64,000 bases of DNA, taken from contig WGFU01000022.1 of NCBI GenBank assembly GCA_015492075.1, positions 42,232-106,231 of the forward strand, in the 5' to 3' direction. Positions 1 to 9,395 of this stretch are shown piece by piece. The number at the start of each line of letters is the position of its first letter. The stretch's first letter is position 1. Under the pieces are notes generated by a model, which was not told the DNA's origin, made no database searches, and saw nothing but the letters and a program-made list of their open reading frames with translations. The position numbers and the translations under genes are program-made. The DNA is from Gammaproteobacteria bacterium. GTDB taxonomy: Bacteria; Pseudomonadota; Gammaproteobacteria; GCA-2400775.

Positions 1-438
1 GCGCACGGTAAGAATGTCACCGGCGAGGTACTCTCCTGGTTGTGGCGTGCTGCCAGCAGCGTTAATACAGTTATAGCCCGTCAGTGTGTCATTCAGTCCG
101 AATACGCCACGAGCGACCATTCTGCCCCACTGAGTGTCACTACTGCCGACACAGTTGCCATCAGGCTCTACGGGGGCAGAGTTGCCACCTATCGTTGTAA
201 CATCAGCATTCCCCCCCATATAGCCTGCAGAACGCAAATCCTTGTTCAATAACTCTACGGCATAACGGCCATTTTCCTGCATACGGGCAATACTGTTTTG
301 GATGTTATAACTGCGTTTGGAGCTGATAAACACCTGGATTAGACCAATCAACAAGACCAGACTGATGCTGATGGCAACCATGAGTTCGACCAGACTAAAG
401 CCTGCGTTATTAGGTCGGGTTAATCGCGGGACGGTCAT
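1..438 (-). CDS. pilW: type IV pilus minor pilin PilW, N-terminal part (gene runs off the window start)
   Basis: Not in the ORF track because there is no stop in the window. Manual minus-strand translation from the ATG at 436-438 gives MTVPRLTRPNNAGFSLVELMVAISISLVLLIGLIQVFISSKRSYN. This is a prepilin cleavage/N-methylation motif (G|FSLVE) followed by a hydrophobic helix. It starts 3 nt after the pilV stop, giving the order fimT-pilV-pilW. Confidence 0.7.
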   Translation of the reverse strand, partial: MTVPRLTRPNNAGFSLVELMVAISISLVLLIGLIQVFISSKRSYNIQNSIARMQENGRYAVELLNKDLRSAGYMGGNADVTTIGGNSAPVEPDGNCVGSSDTQWGRMVARGVFGLNDTLTGYNCINAAGSTPQPGEYLAGDILTVR

Positions 439-441
439 CGT

Positions 442-921
442 TTACGACCTCATGCTCAAGTTGAGCGTATAGGACTTGAAATCGTCGATATCACCGCTGC
501 GTCGAGTGTCCCAGCGTACCGTGATTTGATAGTTAAGCTCATTTTTAGTGATTTGGCCGTCACCAGCTGGGAGTGTGCCGGCGAGAGCGCTGAGCCATTG
601 ATCGACATCAAAGCGCGCCATTTCTGTCGGCGTGCAAGGGTTGTCCACACAGTTTGTATTGCCGTATTCACGCTCATAACTCACCGAGTATTCGGTGGTG
701 ACGGCATCCTTTGTGGCAAGCACGTAGTTATTATTAGCGCGAATACGTTCAGCAATATCACGGGTGAGTAGAACGGCTTGACTACGTAGATAGGCATTAT
801 GTCCAGTGGCGAGCCCACGTGTTTGCAAGCTGGCAAGGCCTAACAAGCCGACTGATAGTACCAATAGTGCGACAAGAACTTCTAACAGTGTGAAGCCGGT
901 GTGATGTTTTTTTTTGTCCAT
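442..921 (-). CDS. pilV: type IV pilus modification/minor pilin protein PilV
   Basis: N-terminus MDKKKHHTGFTLLEVLVALLVLSVGLLGLASLQ is a prepilin-type methylation motif with a PilV-like LLG..LQ helix. It lies between fimT-like and pilW-like genes. Confidence 0.8.
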   Translation of the reverse strand: MDKKKHHTGFTLLEVLVALLVLSVGLLGLASLQTRGLATGHNAYLRSQAVLLTRDIAERIRANNNYVLATKDAVTTEYSVSYEREYGNTNCVDNPCTPTEMARFDVDQWLSALAGTLPAGDGQITKNELNYQITVRWDTRRSGDIDDFKSYTLNLSMRS

Positions 922-926
922 AGAGG

Positions 927-1409
927 CTAAGCGCAGTCAGTTGCTTTTGTAATCGCTAGGCGGCCAGTGGCTTCAATGCTGATGATACGACCATAACCGT
1001 TGCCACGTGAATCGCATATTGTCAGCTCGAGTGGGGCCACATCGATGCCAGCAATGTTGCCGCTGGCTGAAAATTCGATTGTATCGCCGGTATCTGATGC
1101 GATGGACAGACCTTTTTGCACGGCTGAAGATCGGCGCAGAAAATCGGTATCCGCTGCGCCCTGCAATGTAATGGTCCAGCCATTAGTCCATTCTCTATCT
1201 TCTGCGGTAACCGAGATCGAGGCGCCACGTTTGATGGCTTCGCTACGGGCATAGTTGAGATCGGTGATTAGGCTGTTTGTTTGCGCAACGAGACGGTTGT
1301 TTTGCATCAAACCGCTAAAATTGGGAACCGCTATTGTGACCAGAATGGTTGCAATCACCAAGGTAATCAGCAACTCGATCAGGGTAAAACCGTTATTCAT
1401 TCTACGCAT
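927..1409 (-). CDS. fimT: GspH/FimT-family minor pilin (FimT/FimU-like)
   Basis: The internal Met at 1407-1409 gives MRRMNNGFTLIELLITLVIATILVTIAVPNF, a prepilin motif. The 276-aa track ORF (to 1757) is an over-extension that would overlap the divergent thiO start. Confidence 0.75.
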   Translation of the reverse strand: MRRMNNGFTLIELLITLVIATILVTIAVPNFSGLMQNNRLVAQTNSLITDLNYARSEAIKRGASISVTAEDREWTNGWTITLQGAADTDFLRRSSAVQKGLSIASDTGDTIEFSASGNIAGIDVAPLELTICDSRGNGYGRIISIEATGRLAITKATDCA

Positions 1410-1566
1410 GATGCTAGTTAAGCCTATGCGATCAAAAGTGTCAAAAATTTCGACACTTTGACCGACAGAGATGATGGTTCTTCCGATAAGCGGTTGAAAT
1501 AATTCGTTTGCCAAAAAAATGACGCATTGACTCTGGTTCGCGTATGATGCACAAAGATTTTTCCCC

Positions 1567-2658
1567 ATGAGCATTGTGATGTCTGATGTCGTAATAATTG
1601 GTGGTGGTGCAATCGGTATGCTGAGTGCCCGCGCTTTGGCGTTGCGCGGTGCCCGCGTCACCTTGTTGGAACGCGGCCAGCTTGGCGCGCAGTCGTCGTG
1701 GGCGGGCGGTGGCATTTTATCGGCATTAGTGCCATGGCAAACGGTGGCTGCTGTCAACCGCCTGATTCTCTGGGGACACCATTACTATCCTGTGCTGGCC
1801 GACGAGTTGAAGGCCGAAACAGCTGTTGATGTGCAATGGTGCCAATCAGGCATGGTGGTGACGACATCAAATACTGAAGCTGCCTGTGCCTGGTCGGCCA
1901 AAGCAGGGCTTCGTGCCGAGGTGTTATCGCCGGATCAGCTCGTAAAACTACTGCCTGGTGTGACAATCGAGGAAAAAATGCCAGCGGCAGTGTGTTTGCC
2001 TGAGGTAGCTCAAATCCGCAACCCGCGTTTAATCAAGGCATTGGAATTGTCGTTACGCGGCTTGGGGGTAGAAATTCAAGAGGCTTGCCAGGTTGGCGAG
2101 ATAGTGACGCGAGGCCAGCAGGTGGTAGCGGTCAAGACAGCGCATAACACATTGGTAACTGACCATGTGATATTAGCAGCGGGTGCCTGGTCGGCACAGC
2201 TGTTGCCAGAGCTGGCACGCAAGCAAGTGCAACCTATGCGTGGTGAGATGTTGTTGTACAAGGCGCAACCTAGGCTATTATCACGTATTGTCGTAGCTGA
2301 TGGCGGCTATCTTATTCCACGTCAGGATGGTCATATTCTTTGTGGTAGCACGGTTGAAGCTGTGGGCTTTGATTGTACAACGACCCAGGCAGCCTTGACG
2401 CAATTGAGCGCCTGTGCGCAGAGCTTACTACCGAGTCTGGAAGAAACATCTATTGTTGGGCATTGGGCGGGACTTAGGCCAGGCTCTCATGGTGGAGTGC
2501 CGGTGATCAGCCGTTCTAGCGAGTATCATAATCTCTACGTAAACTGTGGCCACTTTCGTAATGGTATTGCTATGGCACCCGCGTCAGCACAAATTGTGAC
2601 TGACCTGGTCGAGGGAGTTGAGCCAGCTATCGATAGTGCGGATTATATTTTGGACTGA
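1567..2658 (+). CDS. thiO: FAD-dependent glycine oxidase / D-amino-acid-oxidase family protein (ThiO-like)
   Basis: Dinucleotide-binding motif VVIIGGGAIGMLSARAL at the N-terminus. About 360 aa, DAO-family look (HWAGLRPG near the C-terminus). The same position next to fimU-pilV is seen in Pseudomonas. Confidence 0.65.
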   Translation: MSIVMSDVVIIGGGAIGMLSARALALRGARVTLLERGQLGAQSSWAGGGILSALVPWQTVAAVNRLILWGHHYYPVLADELKAETAVDVQWCQSGMVVTTSNTEAACAWSAKAGLRAEVLSPDQLVKLLPGVTIEEKMPAAVCLPEVAQIRNPRLIKALELSLRGLGVEIQEACQVGEIVTRGQQVVAVKTAHNTLVTDHVILAAGAWSAQLLPELARKQVQPMRGEMLLYKAQPRLLSRIVVADGGYLIPRQDGHILCGSTVEAVGFDCTTTQAALTQLSACAQSLLPSLEETSIVGHWAGLRPGSHGGVPVISRSSEYHNLYVNCGHFRNGIAMAPASAQIVTDLVEGVEPAIDSADYILD

Positions 2659-2740
2659 AGCTGATTTACCGCACTTGATTAACACTTTATAATCTCTTTC
2701 GAATAATATCCCGATGATTTTCTAAAATCCCCTGTTTTAT

Positions 2741-2755
2741 TTGCCGGTGTAGCTC
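2741..2755 (+). repeat. 15-bp exact copy of the tRNA-Thr 5' end
   Basis: ttgccggtgtagctc at 2741-2755 is identical to 2873-2887 (the start of the tRNA). The next bases (tttgggtgaga) resemble a decayed D-arm (agttggtagag). Confidence 0.8.
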
Positions 2756-2874
2756 TTTGGGTGAGATGAACCGAAACGACCTTATGTCATTTCGCGGTTA
2801 GCGAATACCTAGGCGGGTATTAAAAAAAGCGCTGACATGGCGCTATGGAGGGTTAGGAAAAGTTAAGTTTAGTT

Positions 2875-2950
2875 GCCGGTGTAGCTCAGTTGGTAGAGCA
2901 GCTCATTCGTAATGAGAAGGTCGTAGGTTCGACTCCTATCTCCGGCACCA
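2875..2950 (+). tRNA. tRNA-Thr (anticodon CGT)
   Basis: A 76-nt cloverleaf read by eye: acceptor GCCGGTG/CTCCGGC, D-arm GCTC-AGTTGGTA-GAGC, anticodon stem-loop GCTCA-TTCGTAA-TGAGA, T-arm GTAGG-TTCGACT-CCTAT, encoded CCA. Confidence 0.9.
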
Positions 2951-2952
2951 TA

Positions 2953-2982
2953 CAAAAGCCCGCCCAACGGCGGGCTTTTGTA
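2953..2982 (+). terminator. rho-independent terminator after tRNA-Thr
   Basis: aaaagcccgcc-caac-ggcgggctttt forms an 11-bp stem with a trailing T-run. Confidence 0.8.
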
Positions 2983-2995
2983 TGGTGGGGTTTGT

Positions 2996-3126
2996 CATAG
3001 GGAGAAAAACCTTAGGTTCGACCAAAACGACGCAGTCGTTTTGGAAAGTCGGAGCGTGCGACGGCGGCCCAACCTCAAAGTATATTGGATGGGTGGCCGC
3101 AGGCCATGCTCCTATCTCCGGCACCA
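2996..3126 (+). pseudogene. decayed partial second copy of the tRNA-Thr 3' half, interrupted by about 86 bp
   Basis: taggttcgac (3013-3022) equals tRNA 2924-2933. ctcctatctccggcacca (3109-3126) equals tRNA 2933-2950 (18/18). A gagaa...taggttcgac arrangement also mirrors the anticodon-stem/variable region. The two matching blocks are separated by 86 bp that contain a hairpin, aaaacgac-gcag-tcgtttt. Confidence 0.5.
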
Positions 3127-3192
3127 ACCTTGTATTCCTTTCATGTCAGTGTAAGCAACCGTATTGATTGCGTGACGTTGATAGCTTAGGTA

Positions 3193-3226
3193 TAAAAAAC
3201 CGCTACCGGATTAACCAGCAGCGGCT
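3193..3226 (-). terminator. possible rho-independent terminator of the 5330->3251 operon
   Basis: Minus strand reads gccgctgctggttaatccggtagcggtttttta: an imperfect stem (ccgct/agcgg) followed by a T-run, 25 nt after the stop. Confidence 0.4.
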
Positions 3227-3250
3227 TAAGTTGAGCTCGCAAATTAAGCG

Positions 3251-3592
3251 CTAATTTGTTTTTCTGGCACGTGGGCCGGCAACACAAATACCGGGTTCTT
3301 CGTCCGAGATGCCCATGCAGCTGGCACTGGCATGACAGATCAAGTTGACCCCGTTGCGGTCTTTCTTACCACACATTTCGCCGACTTCAACCTCCCGAAA
3401 GGAATGGGGGTCAAGCGCTGATCGTTTCAGAATGCGTTCACCATCGGCATTGCGGCGTAGTACCTGATTTGCGGCTACAGCGTTGTCTTTGCTCGCAGCT
3501 TGGGTGTCGCTAACATCGGCTTGATCGCTGTTGGCACAGGCCAGCGTCGAGAAAGCGAGCAAGCAGCCGAGCAAGATTTGTTTATACTTCAT
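3251..3592 (-). CDS. small secreted Cys-rich protein, function unknown
   Basis: Signal peptide MKYKQILLGCLLAFSTLACA|N. The mature part has 4 Cys in the last 45 aa (CGKK..LICHASASC..GICV). It starts 22 nt after the stop of the upstream haloperoxidase-like gene. Confidence 0.55.
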   Translation of the reverse strand: MKYKQILLGCLLAFSTLACANSDQADVSDTQAASKDNAVAANQVLRRNADGERILKRSALDPHSFREVEVGEMCGKKDRNGVNLICHASASCMGISDEEPGICVAGPRARKTN

Positions 3593-3614
3593 TTATTGTC
3601 TCCTGGCTGTCGCG

Positions 3615-5330
3615 TTACACTGTCACTGTAGTGCCGTCAAACTTGGTGAGATTGAAGCCATTAAAGTCTTCAGCAAACGTGGCCCGATGTTCGCGCAGCA
3701 GCTGTATGGCAACCGCCTCGCCCAGATTAAGCGATGCCACCGAATCAGTGCGCCAATGAACGCCAGCGATATTACGTGAATTAGATACGTTGGAAGCGAT
3801 TTTGTTCAGTTCGCCACCGACAGTCAATTGTGCGCTGCCGTTCCACGGCACCACTTTTTTGCCATTGTTGCTGGCACGCAATGGGTTTGGAATGACATAG
3901 GATTCGTCATACCAGGCCTTAAGGATGGTGACACAAGCTCCGGCCACAGTAGCGTGACCTGCGGTATAGGCCGGATGCATTGGTGAACCTTCTTCAAAGG
4001 CCAGTGGCAGCAATGCGTTACCGCCGGGCAAGGCACCACCGAGTCGGCTGGCTGAGTTGATCGAATTCAGAATTTCCGGATGAATATCGAAGTTGGCCCC
4101 GCGATTAAGGTTGGCATGAATTGCGCCTGCCTGGGCCTCAGGGCGCAAACGGCGGTGAGCAAACCACTTCTGGAACCAGGCAGCATGCAATGCCCGCGTG
4201 GTGACTTCCGCCACCAGTGTCGCAATATGACCAATACCAAAGGTAGAAAAACCTTCCTGAGTGGCGCTGGAATTGTACGGATTACCGGCATCAACCGGTG
4301 CGCCCATGGCTTCCAGTGACAACATCGCCATAAGGTAGGCTTGATACAGGACATCGACGTGCACCCATTCGCTCATGCCGCGACCATTACGCAAATAGAG
4401 CTGCTCGGTTTCAAATGCAGGTGCTGGCGTTGGGATATTACCATTCTGGATCTGGATATAATCGTTCCAGTTAGTACCGAAATCAATGCCGGCTTGCGGT
4501 GTGCGGATGCGGACATCGATGGGGTTAGCGCCAAACGGTACGGGATGGAACCAGAACTGCGACAGCCATGGGCCGGTTTTATCCCCTGGCAGCGTGCCGC
4601 GGAATAGCAAGCGTGGCGTCACCAGGCCTTGCCCGTTTTTTGGCCCCTTGAAGTCGGTACCGAACTGATTTAGGTCATCGGCGGCCTGTTGCGCCAGCGC
4701 ACTATTGCGATATTGGTCAAAGTTGACATCGCGCAGCAAGGCCATCCAGTAGTTTTCGGCAATTTCAGCAGCCTGCTCGCGGCTGTTGAATTTGGGCGGA
4801 GTGGGAACGGCGAATGTCGGGCCATCACCGCCTTCAATTTCAAAGGCCCAGCCACCTAATGGGCTGACTAGTTTACGGCTGCCGGCTAATGGCACTAGAT
4901 CCAGATCGGACTGCGACGCTCTGGCCAGACCGCGCACCAGGGTAGTGTAGTCGGCCGGGTTGCTGACCGCGCCGTCTGCCACATTATGAGCAAGCCCTTT
5001 AGTGTAATTACCGATTCTGTTTGCGTACTGTTCTTCATCGCCGTTAGTAGGCTGAATTTGCAATGAAGTTTCCTGGGCGTTGCGCAGCGCCTCTTCGGTG
5101 CGAATCCAAAGCGCCTGATCGCGCCGGGCGGCAGGTGACAAGGGGCCAACGGTAATTGCGTTGGCTGCTCCTGGCAACATCATACCAAGACCCGTTGCAC
5201 CGATCGCGCCCATGGTCGCTAGTGCTTGGCGCCGGTTCCCTTTTAAACCATCAGTAATCGCTGAATCAATATGGCGTTCATTCTTTTTAAGATGTTTGAT
5301 AAATTGACCCAGTGTTTTTTTCTTCGACAT
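3615..5330 (-). CDS. Tat-exported vanadium-dependent haloperoxidase / PAP2-superfamily protein
   Basis: Twin-arginine leader GNRRQALATMGAIGATGLGMMLPGAANA. The C-terminal half carries the three PAP2/vanadate-site motifs: QKWFAHRRLRP (K..R), HPAYTAGHATVAGA (xGH) and SRNIAGVHWRTD (R-x5-H). Confidence 0.65.
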   Translation of the reverse strand: MSKKKTLGQFIKHLKKNERHIDSAITDGLKGNRRQALATMGAIGATGLGMMLPGAANAITVGPLSPAARRDQALWIRTEEALRNAQETSLQIQPTNGDEEQYANRIGNYTKGLAHNVADGAVSNPADYTTLVRGLARASQSDLDLVPLAGSRKLVSPLGGWAFEIEGGDGPTFAVPTPPKFNSREQAAEIAENYWMALLRDVNFDQYRNSALAQQAADDLNQFGTDFKGPKNGQGLVTPRLLFRGTLPGDKTGPWLSQFWFHPVPFGANPIDVRIRTPQAGIDFGTNWNDYIQIQNGNIPTPAPAFETEQLYLRNGRGMSEWVHVDVLYQAYLMAMLSLEAMGAPVDAGNPYNSSATQEGFSTFGIGHIATLVAEVTTRALHAAWFQKWFAHRRLRPEAQAGAIHANLNRGANFDIHPEILNSINSASRLGGALPGGNALLPLAFEEGSPMHPAYTAGHATVAGACVTILKAWYDESYVIPNPLRASNNGKKVVPWNGSAQLTVGGELNKIASNVSNSRNIAGVHWRTDSVASLNLGEAVAIQLLREHRATFAEDFNGFNLTKFDGTTVTV

Positions 5331-5758
5331 GACTCACTCCTGTGTGATCTTTGGTTAAGCGATGTACCGTTACAGTGCTGTCCTTGCTCTTGGTGCGCCG
5401 TCTCCTGTTACGGTTTGTTGTTAAGAGATTTATGAAAACTGAAATGAATAAATTTTGGACAATAGTTGTCCCCGCCATTGCATCAAGGCGATGTCTCGTC
5501 AAATCAGAGTTCGAATCAATAGAAAAATAGGCTAGTCCTTTAGCTAAGGTTTGTGCATGGCCATATTGGCGGCGATGCGCTTCAGATTGTTGACAGCACC
5601 CAGTTTGGGTGCTGGCGAGTAGAAATGTTAGTGAAGGTGGGTGAAAAGATCAATGCAAAATGTTACACAAATATTATAAAAGTTAAATAGTTGTGATCTA
5701 TTTCACATCTTGCAGCGCGCTGTTATCGAGTGTTAGGAGTGTTATCCAGAGAAAATAC

Positions 5759-7588
5759 TCAAGACGCGGCTTTTGTTCTGCCGGCACGCTTGCGCTCGTT
5801 CTCGAGCAAGAACTTTTTGCGAATACGAATCGCCTTGGGGGTGACTTCAACCAGCTCGTCATCGTCGATAAATTCGAGTGCTTGTTCGAGATCGAAGCGA
5901 ATGGGTGGAGTCAGCACGATATTGTCATCGGTGCCCGAGGCGCGCACATTGGTTAGCTGTTTGCCTTTGAGTGGATTTACGGTGAGGTCGTTATTACGTG
6001 AATGAATACCGATGATTTGGCCTTCATATAAATCCTCGCCATGGCCGATAAAGAGGCGGCCACGCTCTTGTAACGCAAATAAGGCGTAACCTGCACTTTT
6101 ACCGCTGCCGTTAGAGATCAGTACACCGCGTTGGCGTTGTGCTAGCGTGCCAGCCTTTGCTGGCGCATAGCGTTCAAAGCTGTGGTACAGCAGGCCGGTA
6201 CCGGAAGTGGCAGTCATAAATTCGGTGCGAAAACCGATGAGACCGCGTGCCGGGATTTCGTATTCCAGGCGCACACGGCCATTGCTATCGGGTACCATAT
6301 TGCGCAGATTGCCGCCACGCTCGCCGAGCTTTTCCATGATGGCACCCTGAGCAGTGTCTTCGACATCGACTGTCAGCTGTTCCCACGGTTCCTGGATGAC
6401 GCCGTCGATTTCCTTGGTGATCACCTGGGGCCGGCCAATGGCCAGTTCGAAGCCTTCGCGGCGCATGGTTTCAATAAGAATGGAAAGGTGTAGCTCGCCG
6501 CGACCAGAGACCAGAAATACGTTGGCGTCAGGGGTGTTTTCAACTCGCAGCGCGACGTTGTGAATCAACTCTTTGTCGAAACGTTCATGCAATTGGCGGC
6601 TGGTAACGTATTTGCCTTCACGGCCGGCAAAGGGGGAATTATTGACGTGAAAGCTCATGGAAATAGTGGGTTCGTCAACGCTGAGAGCATGTAGTGCCCC
6701 GGGCGTTTCCGGGTCGCATAAGGTGTCAGAAATGCGGATGTTTTCCACGCCGGTAATGGCAATGATGTCGCCTGCCTCGGCGCGTTTAGTCTCGACGCGT
6801 TCCAGGCCGAGAAAGCCGAGCACCTGCGTAATACGTGCACTACGTGTCTTGCCTTCAGAGTCGATCACGACAATGGGTGTGTTGGTCTTGATGCCGCCGC
6901 GGCTGATACGACCGATACCGATGACGCCGACATAGCTGGAGTAATCGAGTGAGCTGATTTGCATCTGGAACGGGCCATCGGCATTGACGTCGGGTGCCGG
7001 GACATGATCACGAATCGCCTCGAACAACGGGTCCATATTACCGTCGGTGTCGATATTGTCGGCATCCAAAGTGGCATAACCACCAATCGCAGAGGTGTAG
7101 ACGATAGGGAAATCGAGCTGCTCGTCGGTTGCGCCGAGTTGGTCAAATAATTCAAAGGTTTGGTCGACGACCCAGTCAGGGCGAGCACCGGGGCGGTCGA
7201 TTTTGTTGACCACGACAATGGGCTTGAGACCCTGGGCAAAGGCCTTTTGAGTGACAAAGCGCGTCTGCGGCATGGGGCCATCCACGGCATCGACCAGCAA
7301 GACAACAGCGTCCACCATCGATAGCACACGCTCAACTTCACCACCAAAATCAGCATGTCCTGGGGTGTCAACAATGTTGATTTTGTAATCGCCCCATTGG
7401 ATGGCCGTGTTTTTCGACAGGATAGTAATACCACGCTCTTTTTCGAGATCATTACTGTCCATAACGCGCTCGGTGCTAGGTTTGCGCTCATCAAAGGTGC
7501 CAGACTGCTGTAGCAAGCAATCGACCAGGGTGGTTTTACCATGGTCAACGTGGGCTACGATGGCGATGTTGCGTCGCTGTTCGCTCAA
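5759..7588 (-). CDS. typA: translational GTPase TypA/BipA
   Basis: N-terminus [23 protein letters not shown]. GTPase motifs G1 [10 protein letters not shown]3 DTPGHADF, G4 NKIDR. About 609 aa, typical for BipA. Confidence 0.95.
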   Translation of the reverse strand: MSEQRRNIAIVAHVDHGKTTLVDCLLQQSGTFDERKPSTERVMDSNDLEKERGITILSKNTAIQWGDYKINIVDTPGHADFGGEVERVLSMVDAVVLLVDAVDGPMPQTRFVTQKAFAQGLKPIVVVNKIDRPGARPDWVVDQTFELFDQLGATDEQLDFPIVYTSAIGGYATLDADNIDTDGNMDPLFEAIRDHVPAPDVNADGPFQMQISSLDYSSYVGVIGIGRISRGGIKTNTPIVVIDSEGKTRSARITQVLGFLGLERVETKRAEAGDIIAITGVENIRISDTLCDPETPGALHALSVDEPTISMSFHVNNSPFAGREGKYVTSRQLHERFDKELIHNVALRVENTPDANVFLVSGRGELHLSILIETMRREGFELAIGRPQVITKEIDGVIQEPWEQLTVDVEDTAQGAIMEKLGERGGNLRNMVPDSNGRVRLEYEIPARGLIGFRTEFMTATSGTGLLYHSFERYAPAKAGTLAQRQRGVLISNGSGKSAGYALFALQERGRLFIGHGEDLYEGQIIGIHSRNNDLTVNPLKGKQLTNVRASGTDDNIVLTPPIRFDLEQALEFIDDDELVEVTPKAIRIRKKFLLENERKRAGRTKAAS

Positions 7589-7827
7589 AGGAATTCTCCG
7601 GACAAAATGAGGCGCATTATACGTGGCTTAGAGGGTGAGTCGAAGAATTTTATTGATGGCCCGATAAAACTATCTGTAGCGAGCTGTTCCCCAAGTGTGA
7701 TTGCGGCATAGTGGCGAGCCTTGCAAGGCATTTATTAAAGTCACTTGCCTTGCCGTCGCATGCTGTATTATGACGGCGTTAAGGTATGCAAATCAAACAC
7801 TTGAGTTCAGAGAATAGCTGGTAAGAG

Positions 7828-8382
7828 ATGTCATGTATTGATCAAAATGGCTGGTTGAGCAGGGCTGTATGTGTTAACAGCCCCAATTACGACGAGCGTC
7901 CACCACAATGTGAGCCGAGCTTGCTAGTGGTGCATAATATTAGCCTGCCACCGGGCGAATATGGAGGGCCGTGGGTGGACGACTTGTTTTGTAACCGGCT
8001 CGATGCCAGTGTGCATCCTTATTTTAGGGAGATTGCATCGCTAAGGGTATCGTCTCATCTATTAATTCTTCGTGATGGTGAGGTGCGCCAGTATGTATCA
8101 TTTGACCGGCGCGCCTGGCATGCCGGGCAATCATGTTTTAAAGGCCGTAATCGCTGCAATGACTTTTCGATTGGTATTGAACTCGAGGGTTGTGACGATG
8201 AACCTTACGAGGAGGCCCAGTACCGCCAGTTAGCCGAGGTGACACTGGACATACAGTCGCGCTATCCTGCCATCAGCGCAGACCGTATCGTGGGACATTG
8301 CGATATTGCGCCTCAACGCAAGACAGACCCAGGCCCAGCCTTTGATTGGGCTTGTTTTCGCGCCCTGTTACGTCGCGACTAG
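7828..8382 (+). CDS. ampD: 1,6-anhydro-N-acetylmuramyl-L-alanine amidase AmpD
   Basis: SPNYDERP, VVHNISLPPGEYGG, AWHAG and HCDIAPQRKTDPGPAFDW are typical of the amidase_2/AmpD family. It is followed by ampE. Confidence 0.9.
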   Translation: MSCIDQNGWLSRAVCVNSPNYDERPPQCEPSLLVVHNISLPPGEYGGPWVDDLFCNRLDASVHPYFREIASLRVSSHLLILRDGEVRQYVSFDRRAWHAGQSCFKGRNRCNDFSIGIELEGCDDEPYEEAQYRQLAEVTLDIQSRYPAISADRIVGHCDIAPQRKTDPGPAFDWACFRALLRRD

Positions 8383-8437
8383 TGTGGGTTTGGCGCCTGA
8401 CCCAATAACGCTAACATGTAAAAAGGACGAGGGGCTT

Positions 8438-9337
8438 ATGAATCTGATCGCGATACTGCTGTCTTTGCTTGTTGAGCGTTTTGCGCCGTCTATTGATGAG
8501 GTCAGGGAATATCGCTGGCTACAGCGTATTATCGACTTTTCTGTCAAGCATTCGAAAATTTTTGCCACCGGTGGTGGTGTGCTTGGTTTGTTGCTTATCT
8601 TGCTGGTACCGGTGCTTATAGTCGGTTTTTTGCAAGCAAGGATTGCTGAATGGAATAGCTTGGCCTACTTGGTTTTCTCAGTAGTGATCTTGGTCTACAG
8701 CTTTGGCCCGATGAATCTGCACCGTCAGCTGAAACACTATATCGCCGCCTGTGATGCGGGCAACGAAAAAGCAGCTTTTCAGTATGCCAGTACCATTATC
8801 ACGCATAATAAAATACGTAGTGGTGATGAGCATGGCTTGCATCGGGCTGTACTGGATGGTGTATTGGTCGGCAACAACGAACGCTTATTAGGGGTTATTT
8901 TCTGGTTCGTCGTATTAGGCCCGATAGGCGCGGTCTTGTTCCGCATGTCATCCGTACTACGCGACGATTTATTTAAGGAAGGTGAATCATTTGTGCCAGT
9001 AGCCGAAAGCGCACGTATTTTGCACGGTATACTAGCCTGGATTCCGGCACGCCTGACCGCCGTCGCCTACGCACTTGCCGGCAGTTTCATCGACGTGTTT
9101 GAATGCTGGCGTCGCAACACTTCACGTTGGACCCACGACTGGATTACCGGTAACCGCCGTTTACTGGTAGAAACCGGCATAAGTGCATTGCAGTTTCGCA
9201 CTTGTCGCGACGGTGTCGAGGTCGATGACCCCGCCGACTGGCATGGCCATATTGATAGTGCGCATAGACTCAGTTTTCGTGCGATTGTTATTTGGTTAGT
9301 TGTTATAGCATTGTTAACCATGTGGGGTTGGTCCTAG
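8438..9337 (+). CDS. ampE: regulatory inner-membrane protein AmpE
   Basis: The ATG at 8438 gives MNLIAILLSLLVERFAPS, an AmpE/CobD-like N-terminus, and the protein is multi-TM. The track ORF start at 8306 overlaps the end of ampD and is probably an over-extension. Confidence 0.75.
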   Translation: MNLIAILLSLLVERFAPSIDEVREYRWLQRIIDFSVKHSKIFATGGGVLGLLLILLVPVLIVGFLQARIAEWNSLAYLVFSVVILVYSFGPMNLHRQLKHYIAACDAGNEKAAFQYASTIITHNKIRSGDEHGLHRAVLDGVLVGNNERLLGVIFWFVVLGPIGAVLFRMSSVLRDDLFKEGESFVPVAESARILHGILAWIPARLTAVAYALAGSFIDVFECWRRNTSRWTHDWITGNRRLLVETGISALQFRTCRDGVEVDDPADWHGHIDSAHRLSFRAIVIWLVVIALLTMWGWS

Positions 9338-9395
9338 TGTCGCCTCCATTAGCCTGCCAGCACTTGCTCGTGTTGATCGAGAGTATCCTTTAGCG

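Noticed and set aside
1410-1757. N-terminal 116 aa of the 276-aa track ORF (927..1757) upstream of the fimT-like prepilin motif
   Set aside because: The prepilin leader must be short. The Met at 1407-1409 gives a canonical MRRMNNGFTLIELL start. The extension overlaps the divergent thiO start and has junk-like composition.
5594-5614. Perfect 9-bp hairpin cagcaccca-gtt-tgggtgctg about 145 nt downstream of typA
   Set aside because: No flanking U-run on either strand, so it cannot be called a terminator, and no known motif matches.
6865-7548. 227-aa antisense ORF inside typA
   Set aside because: Same reasoning: typA is unambiguous and the antisense product has no recognisable features.
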